Shown piece by piece: positions 1-8,000 of a DNA stretch of 32,000 nucleotides. This stretch comes from Halomicronema hongdechloris C2206 (GTDB taxonomy: Bacteria; Cyanobacteriota; Cyanobacteriia; Phormidesmidales; Phormidesmidaceae). The position numbers and the translations under genes are program-made. Location: contig NZ_CP021983.2 in NCBI RefSeq assembly GCF_002075285.3, positions 4,110,001-4,142,000 of the forward strand. The letters are read 5' to 3'. Numbering within the stretch: the first letter of the stretch is position 1; every line of letters begins with the position of its first letter. The notes under the pieces were generated by a model, which was given only the letters and a program-made list of their open reading frames with translations, made no database searches and was not told where the DNA came from.

Positions 1-308
1 CAGACTGGAATAGCGTGGGGAGCAGCCGCTAGCCATTCATTCAGTGAGCCACATTCATCGGCCTCTACATGGGAAAACGCGATGTATCTCAGCCTCTCGA
101 TAGGGATTAATTTGGCAACGGCCTCATGGATCATTGGAAACAGCTTGCGGAGGCCCGTGTGAAATAGCAGCGGCTCCTCATCCACGATCAGGTACTGGTT
201 AAAGGAGAAGCCGGGTACTGGGGTGTTTATCCGGTAAATACCGTCAGCAACTTCATACAGGTTAGTTCCAGATTGTGTGTTGGTCACTGTCGTGTGGGTC
301 ACTATCAT
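1..308 (-). CDS. MBL-fold metallo-hydrolase / diiron-domain protein, N-terminal part only (gene runs off the left edge)
   Basis: My own minus-strand translation from the ATG at 306-308 gives [93 protein letters not shown]... The FSHxExDExG metal-ligand motif is typical of MBL-fold/flavodiiron-like N-domains. A GGAGGT SD (317-322, minus strand) lies 8 nt upstream. The ORF is missing from the track because it has no stop inside the window. Confidence 0.7.
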   Translation of the reverse strand, partial: MIVTHTTVTNTQSGTNLYEVADGIYRINTPVPGFSFNQYLIVDEEPLLFHTGLRKLFPMIHEAVAKLIPIERLRYIAFSHVEADECGSLNEWLAAAPHAIPV

Positions 309-405
309 GGCGTCTTACCTCCGCAACGAGTGTAGGAAAGTACATGAGTTGAGCAGCCTAACGGTCGTGGGCAGTGGCTGTGAGTTTTTTTAACTGGCAA
401 TCCTT

Positions 406-858
406 TCAGATCTTTTCTGCATCGCTGTAGGCTTCAATGGTTGTAAATTCGCGCTTTTTACCCGGAAACGCCGCGAAAATCTGCCGATGGCGGTTGAGGC
501 CATATTCGTCTGCTCGTGTTTCGTATTGCTTGACCCATTCGATCAGCTGATCGAGCATTGCTTGTTGCTGCGCAGACGTGTCGAACTTTTCGGGTTCCCA
601 AGGTTGCTGTCGGCAATGAGCGACGCAAACATCAATGCCTGGGTTGAGAAACCACAGCTCATCGCAGTGGGGTAGAACGGCTTCAATCAGGTCGCTGTAG
701 CAGCCTTCGATAATCCAATGGTGGTGCTGAGCAAGAAACTGTTGAAGCAGCTCCAGGCAATTTCATCCAGGGATAGACGGGCAATGGCGATCGCCAATCA
801 GTCGTCGAGCCATCGTGCTTTTGCCAGCACCGGCGTTACCTAGCAGCACAATTTTCAT
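406..858 (-). pseudogene. Disrupted P-loop kinase (adenylate/shikimate-kinase-like AAA ATPase): in-frame TGA at 763-765 plus apparent frame changes
   Basis: The ATG at 858 gives MKIVLLGNAGAGKSTMARRLIGDRHCPSIPG, ending at a stop. The same frame continues after the TGA as NCLELLQQFLAQHHHWIIEGCYSDLIEAVLPHCDELWFLNPGIDVCVAHCRQQPWEPEKF...AEKI, with a stop at 406-408. The family-typical AIAIARLSLDEIAW segment is readable only in a different frame across 760-800. An AAGGA SD lies upstream of 858. Confidence 0.6.
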
Positions 859-968
859 AGCTAATCCTTCAACTCCGTCAAAATGGCGACGGCTATACAT
901 CAATGGCATCACGCGCGATGGATGAGGTGAGGCTAGAGGGTATTGAGACAGGGGAGGGCACGTCATTG

Positions 969-1394
969 TCATACCTTCAAGGGGAGAGAGGGGTCCATGC
1001 CAGGTGGCCACGCCGCAGATTGGGGTAACCCATCGGTAATCTCATACCACGGGGCTTTGGAATCCACGAAAATGTGCTCTTCTGGACGCACCCCTGGATC
1101 GCCATCGATTGTGGCCAAGACCACCTCGGTGACGTTGCCCGCTTCAGTGCTGACCAGGTGAGAGCCGCACTGCCGGCAAAAGCACCGCTGCCGGCCCGGC
1201 GATGATTCGTATCCCTGGACCAATTCCAGCCCCGATGTCCACCGAAACTGTTCGGAGTTGATAAGCGTCCAGGTAACAAAGGCCGCCCCGTGAGCTTTTC
1301 TGCAAATAGAACAGTGGCAATGCCCGGTCGGGCCTAGCGGGCCGGTGATCTCATAGCTCACGGCTTTACATAAACAACTGCCTCCAAGGGTCAT
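969..1394 (-). CDS. GFA family protein (glutathione-dependent formaldehyde-activating / CENP-V-like Zn-Cys domain)
   Basis: Track ORF 969..1466. The segment MTLGGSCLCKAVSYEITGPLGPTGHCHCSICRKAHGAAF...CFCRQCGSHL carries the Cys-rich GFA signature. I prefer the ATG at 1392-1394, which has a GGAGGT SD 6 nt upstream (1401-1406). The ATG at 1466 (AGGGAG upstream) would add a low-complexity 24-aa extension. Confidence 0.75.
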   Translation of the reverse strand: MTLGGSCLCKAVSYEITGPLGPTGHCHCSICRKAHGAAFVTWTLINSEQFRWTSGLELVQGYESSPGRQRCFCRQCGSHLVSTEAGNVTEVVLATIDGDPGVRPEEHIFVDSKAPWYEITDGLPQSAAWPPGMDPSLPLKV

Positions 1395-1599
1395 GTCAAT
1401 ACCTCCGATTGGGTGAATGGTTTGTGAAGATGGAGGCGGTTGAGTCGGGGTATAGAGATAAGCCATTGTCAGGCTCCCTGAATCAGATATTAGGTATGAA
1501 TATGGGTTGTGTTGAGGAATAGTTTTAGGTCTCGGTTTGAACTGGGTATGGGTGCTGATTAAATTGGTGCTTTAGATTGAGCAGCACCTAACCGGGGAT

Positions 1600-2553
1600 T
1601 TAGGCCATGCCATTTACAAGCCAGCGGGCGCAGTCTACTCCTAACTGGTCCAGGGCGATCGCTTCGTAGCGCTGGCTGTCTTCCGTGGACAGCATGTCTT
1701 TCCAACGACCATTTGTGCCCTTGTGGACGAAGGTTTGGGCACCCCCTTCCCAGAAAGTACCTCCCAGGGGAGCGCTTTTCTCGGCATGGCGCTTCATGTA
1801 ATCGAAGCTGCAGTGCTCAAGGATGGTGGGCCACTGGTTCTCGTCGATGGGAATATCGAGGAACGCGGCGATTTCGCGAATCTGACCCGGCATGTCGCGC
1901 TTCAGGTCGGCGTAGTGCAGCAGCATGACGTTGGGCAGGTGGCGGATGGCCCACCAGGTTTTGATGTTTTCCCAGAACGGCCAGAAGGGATAGCCGTCGT
2001 TGTCTAGCCAATCGCGGAAGTACTGCACCACCGATTCGGACGGCTTCTCCAGGGCGGGGCCGACCCGTCCGGGGGTATTGTTGAGGGCATCGTAGAACGC
2101 CTCGTTGCCATTGGCGTGGTGGTTGTACAGGCTCCACACTACGTCTCGGCCATCGCGAGCGACGTACAGGTATTTGGCCTTGGGGGAAAATACCAGGGCA
2201 TCGACGGGCAGGTGGGTCTTGAGGAAGCGGCGATGGGTCTGGGCTTCCACTTCTGGTAGCTTGATTGCCTTGGGAGGGATGCGCAGATCCAGCCAGGGAG
2301 ACAGTACCGCCACTTCCACATCGGGTGCGCCGTTAAAGATGAGCTGACCGACGATCTGCTGGGTCCAGGTGGTGCCGGACTTGGCGTAGCTGCCGATAAT
2401 GATGTCGTCATCGCGGAACTGAAACTCGTTCCAGATAGTGGAGTCGAAGTGGTGGCTATGGAGTTCGCGGGTCTTTTGGGGCCACTGGATGGGGGTCTGG
2501 TAGTGGTAGCGATCGCCGATTTCTAGGGATTGTTGCAGAGTGGCTTGGGTCAT
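1600..2553 (-). CDS. Sulfotransferase domain protein (cytosolic SULT-like, PAPS-dependent)
   Basis: 317-aa ORF. The 5'-PSB loop is YAKSGTTWTQQIV and the 3'-PB motif is RDGRDVVWSLY, both hallmarks of the Sulfotransfer_1 family. Confidence 0.85.
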   Translation of the reverse strand: MTQATLQQSLEIGDRYHYQTPIQWPQKTRELHSHHFDSTIWNEFQFRDDDIIIGSYAKSGTTWTQQIVGQLIFNGAPDVEVAVLSPWLDLRIPPKAIKLPEVEAQTHRRFLKTHLPVDALVFSPKAKYLYVARDGRDVVWSLYNHHANGNEAFYDALNNTPGRVGPALEKPSESVVQYFRDWLDNDGYPFWPFWENIKTWWAIRHLPNVMLLHYADLKRDMPGQIREIAAFLDIPIDENQWPTILEHCSFDYMKRHAEKSAPLGGTFWEGGAQTFVHKGTNGRWKDMLSTEDSQRYEAIALDQLGVDCARWLVNGMA

Positions 2554-2598
2554 GGGTGGGGCCTTTGTGATGTGGGGAGTGGGGGAGACCTTTGCCTA

Positions 2599-2889
2599 TT
2601 AGAAGCCTTCAACGAAGACAGCGTTGGATTCTGAGCCAGAGAGGCTCAGGGCTTTTAAGTCGGCATAGTCGTCGGAGTCATACCAGTCGTGGGCTTGCTG
2701 CAGGCTGGGAAACTCAATAACGACTAGAAAGTTCGGCTGCCAGTGGCCTTCCGCGACAGCGGGGTTGCCTCCAACGGTCAGGTATTTGCCGCCGTGCCGG
2801 GCCACGTTGTCAAACACGCCAGCGCGGTATTGCTCCATCTTTTCTGGATCTGTAACGTTGAGTAAGTCGAACACGCAATAGGCGGACAT
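2599..2889 (-). CDS. DUF1330 domain protein (dimeric alpha-beta barrel)
   Basis: 96-aa ORF MSAYCVFDLLNVTDPEKMEQYRAGVFDNVARHGGKYLTVGG...VVIEFPSLQQAHDWYDSDDYADLKAL, the typical length and pattern for DUF1330. An AGGAG SD lies 7 nt upstream of the ATG. Confidence 0.75.
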   Translation of the reverse strand: MSAYCVFDLLNVTDPEKMEQYRAGVFDNVARHGGKYLTVGGNPAVAEGHWQPNFLVVIEFPSLQQAHDWYDSDDYADLKALSLSGSESNAVFVEGF

Positions 2890-2933
2890 CGGTAAACTCC
2901 TTTTTTTGCAGTAGATTCAGTCTTGGATTGGGA

Positions 2934-3113
2934 TTATTGCGGGGGGAAGCCTGTTAAGGCGATGGTGTATTCCTCGACTGGTTTTTCGCCTGCGATCGCA
3001 ACGTTAGCAATAGGTTCAGGTGTCTCGAAAGCATGGGGGGGTGAATGGTCATTAAGGGATAACACCATCAAGGCAGTTGTCATAACTGCATGTACAAAGG
3101 TTGAGTAGCGCAT
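2934..3113 (-). CDS. Unannotated small ORF, 59 aa, hydrophobic N-terminus (possible signal peptide or membrane anchor)
   Basis: I translated it codon by codon by hand: MRYSTFVHAVMTTALMVLSLNDHSPPHAFETPEPIANVAIAGEKPVEEYTIALTGFPPQ, then TAA at 2934-2936. An AGGAG SD lies 8 nt upstream of the ATG at 3111-3113. It is one residue under the apparent 60-aa cutoff of the track. It has the same orientation and a similar SD context to the downstream DUF1330 gene. Confidence 0.45.
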   Translation of the reverse strand: MRYSTFVHAVMTTALMVLSLNDHSPPHAFETPEPIANVAIAGEKPVEEYTIALTGFPPQ

Positions 3114-3276
3114 GAGAAAAACTCCTAGAAAGTGGCAGGGTAAAGTAACCCCTCGTTAAAGCGAGGGAGAGACTATTTGGAGGAGCGTGCTGTAGTGCCA
3201 CCCATCGCCGGGGAGTGCTTCAGGGCATCCTGTCGGGTGATGACCCGACGATGATTCAACCTGCGGACGGGGGAGC

Positions 3277-4164
3277 TTAAAACAGAATTGAGGGGAGAAA
3301 TACGCCTTTGGGCTGGTTGTATAGCCCCAGGCTCATCAGGGTCATAGGCTGAACCACTCGCAGACCGTGTTCTAAGCACCAGCGGAACAGATGACTGTTG
3401 CGGCTAGGCAGCATAAAGCCTGAACCCTCGAAGGCTGGAGCTGCACCGATTAGCGCCTTCAGGTCTTCGTTGGTTTCGCCCACGGCGTGACCGAAAAAGC
3501 CAATCAGGGTGGCGTAGCCGGTAATGCGACTGTCGTGCTCTACCACGGTGGCGCTGCCCTGACGAATCGTGGCCAGCAGTTCGTGGCTGCGAGTAAAGCC
3601 ATGAACTTCCTGGCAGAGGCGATCGCAGCCCGGCAAATCCGCTTCAGTCGCGGGGCGGACAGGATAGCCCGGAATTTGCAGGTTCAGGGGCGGCCCCTGA
3701 ATGTTGGCAAGGGGTTCCTGCACGTCGAAGCCAAGCTTGGTGTACAGGGACAGCGAACGGTTGTGGAAGGTCGCCTGCAGTAACCGCACTCCGGCAAAGC
3801 CCTGCTGCTGCGCCCGGTCTAACACGGTTGCCATCAGGTGTCGGCCCACGGAGGCATTCTGGATATCGGAGGCAACGGTGATCGGGCCAACGCCGGCGAT
3901 GGCACACCCTTCCTGCAGAAAGTTGCTGCCGACAATGCGGCCGCCGACCTCTGCTACCACCGAGTAGTAGAGGTCAGGCTGAGAGAACAGCATCGAGATC
4001 AGGCCGTGGGCGACTGCCGGAGTTGGGAAATCGGGGGGAAAGTTGTGCTGAGTGCTGATGGCCTTGAACGCTTCGTAGCAGATCTCGCCGCAGGCATCGG
4101 CATCCGCGGCCGTGCCGGGGCGAATGGTAAGGGTGAGATCGGGGGATGGGATTAACGTTTGCAT
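3277..4164 (-). CDS. GNAT family N-acetyltransferase (about 295 aa, tandem GNAT-like fold)
   Basis: Track ORF 3277..4299. I prefer the ATG at 4162-4164 (MQTLIPSPDLTLTIRPGTAADADACGEICYEAF...) because a GGAGGTA SD sits 6 nt upstream. The longer N-terminal extension looks like GC-rich read-through. The acetyl-CoA-loop-like segment is ASVGRHLMATVLDRAQQQGF. Confidence 0.75.
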   Translation of the reverse strand: MQTLIPSPDLTLTIRPGTAADADACGEICYEAFKAISTQHNFPPDFPTPAVAHGLISMLFSQPDLYYSVVAEVGGRIVGSNFLQEGCAIAGVGPITVASDIQNASVGRHLMATVLDRAQQQGFAGVRLLQATFHNRSLSLYTKLGFDVQEPLANIQGPPLNLQIPGYPVRPATEADLPGCDRLCQEVHGFTRSHELLATIRQGSATVVEHDSRITGYATLIGFFGHAVGETNEDLKALIGAAPAFEGSGFMLPSRNSHLFRWCLEHGLRVVQPMTLMSLGLYNQPKGVFLPSILF

Positions 4165-4169
4165 AGGAA

Positions 4170-4655
4170 TTACCTCCGGGCATCGACCAGGGAGAGCTGA
4201 TTGACCAGTTCGGCAATGTTGGCAGGGCTGAAGGCCGCCAGGTACTTGGGGGCAATGGCGGGCGTCAGCAACTCGATCATCAGCCAGTTCTCGACCCACA
4301 GCTCGATCACGTCGAACAGCCCATCACGGCTACAGGGGAACACGCGCCAACCTGCGCGATCGGCGATCCGCTCAATTTCTTCCAGGCTGATCGGTACCGA
4401 AATCGCTGCGTGAAAGGACACATAGCGAGTGGGCTGCGGCACCAGTCGAAACCCTGCCTGCCCCTCATGGGCATCCGGAATCAGTTCTGAACCCAGCGGG
4501 TAGAACTCGATCATCGTGCCTAGCTCATCGCCAGCCATCGCGACAAAGCTGCCGGGGTTGAACGGAAACGGCGCCACCTGTCCCTGCATGATTTCAGCCA
4601 TGACGGTGGCGACGTGGCGAGGGTTATTCACGGCAACGGAAATGTGGTGAAGCAT
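4170..4655 (-). CDS. VOC (glyoxalase/bleomycin-resistance/dioxygenase) family protein
   Basis: Track ORF 4170..4787. I prefer the ATG at 4653-4655 (MLHHISVAVNNPRHVATVM...), a typical VOC N-terminus, with a GAGG SD upstream. Its stop lies only 5 nt from the GNAT ATG, so translational coupling is likely. Confidence 0.6.
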   Translation of the reverse strand: MLHHISVAVNNPRHVATVMAEIMQGQVAPFPFNPGSFVAMAGDELGTMIEFYPLGSELIPDAHEGQAGFRLVPQPTRYVSFHAAISVPISLEEIERIADRAGWRVFPCSRDGLFDVIELWVENWLMIELLTPAIAPKYLAAFSPANIAELVNQLSLVDARR

Positions 4656-5031
4656 AGAAACCTCTGTGGCAAAAAAAGCGGAGGAAGAATGAACAGCGTT
4701 GGAACTCATTGACTGGAAGCGAGGAGTGATTGCGTCGAGTTCTGAGTTCCGAGGCATCAGTACCTCATAACATTGACTATGCTTCAAGTTTGGAGTCAGT
4801 CTATTGGAAAAACAAGACGAGATAGCTGCAGTTAACTGCCAACTTAATGGCGACTTTTATCGCTTCAAGGCGGCAATTTAAGCCGCTGCGCCGTTGCATT
4901 AGTTAGCGACTGTATCGGTTTGCGCTTAACTCGTACTTAAGTGAAATAACTGAATTAAAATTGGATAAACCCTTGCAAGCGGTATGGCTCTCCCTGGCCT
5001 GCAACGTCGCCGTTTGTAAGGTCGAATTTCC

Positions 5032-8000
5032 ATGACTATGACCGCTAAGAAGAGCCGGCGGCGGGGTGTTGTTCTATCGTTACAAGGTCAGCACAAACTC
5101 GAGGCTGCCCGGCGACAACTTGAGCAGACGGTGAACGGAGGCGATCGCTTCACCCTGGAAGAGCTGTGCGATCGCACCCGGCTGGCCCTCAGCACTATCG
5201 CCCGCGTTCTCGATGCTCAGGTCGGCGTCGATAAACAAACCCTGTCCCAGGTCTTTGCGGCCTTCGACCTGCTCCTGGAACGCACCGACTATCAGCATCC
5301 CGGCCTATCTCAGGCACCCGACGCCTTCCCGCCATCAGGCTCCACCGCGATTGCCCCGTCCCCGGAGCCATCCCCCCAAACCATCGACTGGGGCGAGGCC
5401 ATCGACGTTTCCCTGTTCTACGGACGCACCGCCGAACTCGCCACCTTGGAGCGCTGGATTCAGCAGGATCGCTGCCGTCTGATCGCCATCCTGGGCATGG
5501 GCGGCATCGGCAAGACGGCCTTATCGGTGAAGCTGGCGCAGCAGTCGGTGGTGAGTAGAGAAGGTCAGGAAGGTGGGGAAGATCAGCTGACAACCTCCCC
5601 CCTATCCCCCAATCCCTCCGGACAGGCTACGCCAACACCCCTTCACCCACCCACTCCTTCACCCACCCACTCCTTCACCCACATCATCTGGCGTACCCTC
5701 CGCAACGCCCCGCCCCTAGAACTGCTGCTGACGGATCTGATTCAGGTGCTCTCCGGTCAGCAGGAAACGGCGGCATCCCTGACCGTCGGACCGCTGCTGT
5801 CGCGCTTCATGCACTACCTACGGCAGCACCGTTGCCTGTTGATTTTGGATAACTACGAAACGGTTTTGCAGGGGGGACAATTTGCCGGCGCCTATCGGCA
5901 AGGGTATGAGGGTTACGGTGAGCTGCTGCGTCAGGTGGGTGAGCTTCCCCACCCAAGCTGTCTGGTACTCACCAGTCGTGAGAAACCGGAAACCATCGCC
6001 GACTTAGAGGGAGAAACGCTGCCGGTAAGATCCCTGGGACTGCCGGGTCTCCTGCCGGCCGATACCGATCACCTGTTCGACGCCATTGGCTTGTCCCAAT
6101 CCCCCGCGGGGCGCCGTCGCCTGATGGAGATCTATAGCGGTAATCCCCTGGCGCTGAAGATTGTCGCCACCTCTATTCGGGAGTTATTTGACAGTGATGT
6201 GGACGCTTTTTTAGGGGAAGAAACCCTGGTCTTTAACGGCATTCGTCGTCTGCTCAATCAGCAGATGCAGCGGCTTACCCGGCTGGAAAAGCAGGTGATG
6301 TTTTGGCTGGCGATAAATCGCGAATGGGTGACCATCGCCGAATTGCAGGCCGATATCGTGCCCCCGGTGCCCAAGCAGCGGTTGCTGGAAACTCTGGAAT
6401 CTCTGGCTCGGCGCAGTCTGATTGAGCAAAAAAATGCCCGTTTTACCCAGCAGCCTGTGGTCATGGAATACATGACTGAGCAGGTGATTGAGCAGGTCGG
6501 AGACGCCCTCGAAACCCTCACCCTCGATCTCGACGCGGTTTCCTCTGAAGGGCTAATCTTCAACGCCTATGCCCTAATCAAAGCCACCGCCAAGGAATAC
6601 GTACGAGACAGCCAAACTCGCTTGATTTTGCAGCCCATTGCTCGTCATCTGGCCGAATGCTTCAGCTCAGTCGCTGCTCTAGAGCAGCAGATGCTGCGCA
6701 TCTTGACACGGGTGCGACGCTCGGAAACCCGAGGGTCGAGCTATGGGGCAGGCAACTTAATCAACCTGATGAGTCACTTGCACTTAGACCTGAGTGATTA
6801 TGACTTTTCTAACCTGACCATTCGACAAGCCTGCTTACAGAAGACCCCTCTCCATCGGGTCAATCTCAAGGATGCTCATCTGATCGCCTGCCGCTTTGCC
6901 GAACCGGTTCCCCATCCCAACTCTTTGGCGATCAGTCCCGATGGCGATCGCATGGCCATCGGCGGTGAAGACGGCGCGATTCAAATGTGGCAGGTGTCGA
7001 CCGGCACTCCGCTGCTCACCCTCCAGGCCCACTCGACGTTTGTGTTTGCCCTAGCCTTTGCTCCGCAACGCGATGCGAACAGCCCGAACGGCAACCTCCT
7101 GGCCAGCGGCAGCATGGATTCCGGCATTAAATTCTGGGAGGTTGAGTCTGGCCAGTGCCTGCAAGCCTGGCAGTTTGAACGACCCTGGGCCCTGGCCTTT
7201 ACCTCCGACGGGCGCTTCCTGGCCGGGAGCCTGGGGGACAGCGATCGCGCCATTCACCTGTGGGACTGGCGCACAGGCCAGTCGCTGAAGACTTTTCTGG
7301 GCCACACCGGACCCGCCAGCGGGTTGGCCTTCATCCCCGCTACCGCCTCTCACTCTCAGCGGCTCGTCAGCGGCGGGCAGGACTGCTTGCTCAAAATCTG
7401 GGATGTCGATAGCGGCGAGTGCCTCCGTACCCTGACGGATCACCGGGGTATGGTCTGGTCGGTGGCAGTTCACCCCGAGGGTGATCGCTTTGCCACTGCT
7501 AGCTTTGACCAAACCATTAAAATCTGGGACGTGGAGACGGAAGTCTGCCTGCAAACCCTGCTAGGACACACCGCCGAAGTCACCAGCGTCCGCTTCAGTC
7601 CGGATGGTTTGCTGTTGGTGAGTTCCAGCAGCGATCGCACCCTGCGCCTCTGGGAGGTAGCCACCGGAAAATGTCTGACCGTGCTGCAGAGCCACGAAGA
7701 TAGCGTCTGGGCGGCGGCCTTCATCGCCGGTCACACCCCTACGGGCGAATGGGCTTCCGGACAGGCAATCGTCAGCGTCGGCATGGATCAGAGCGTCCGG
7801 TTTTGGGATATCAGCCACGTTCCGCCAACCTCCGAGAACTCCACCCTAGACCTGAGCGGCCTCTCTGGGCAGTGTTTGAAAACCATTCAGGGGGATAGCA
7901 CCGGCATCCGCTCCGTTGCCTGCCATCCCCAGGGCGACCTGATCGCCAGCGGCGGACTGGGGGGTGTGGTGCGCCTGTGGGACACGGCGGGTACCTGCCT

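Noticed and set aside
763-765. The in-frame TGA in the P-loop kinase as a possible selenocysteine or programmed read-through codon.
   Set aside because: The position is not a catalytic Cys site, and I see no convincing stem-loop immediately 3' of it. A conserved family segment is readable only in another frame across this spot, which points to indel decay instead.
5551-5560. GTGAGT at the start of the STAND insertion, which looks like a eukaryote-style 5' splice site or an intron boundary.
   Set aside because: The reading frame is continuous through the whole insertion. I see no group I or group II intron structural hallmarks and no intron-encoded ORF. A low-complexity repeat insertion is the simpler explanation.
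7051-7554. Long antisense or alternate-frame ORFs inside large genes, for example 7051-7554, 7964-8458, 19564-20151, 25419-25775, 25878-26250 and 3487-4155.
   Set aside because: They lie wholly within well-supported genes (WD40 STAND, htpG, clpB, GNAT). They have Arg/Pro/Gly/Ala-rich low-complexity translations typical of GC-rich antisense frames, and I recognise no motifs in them.
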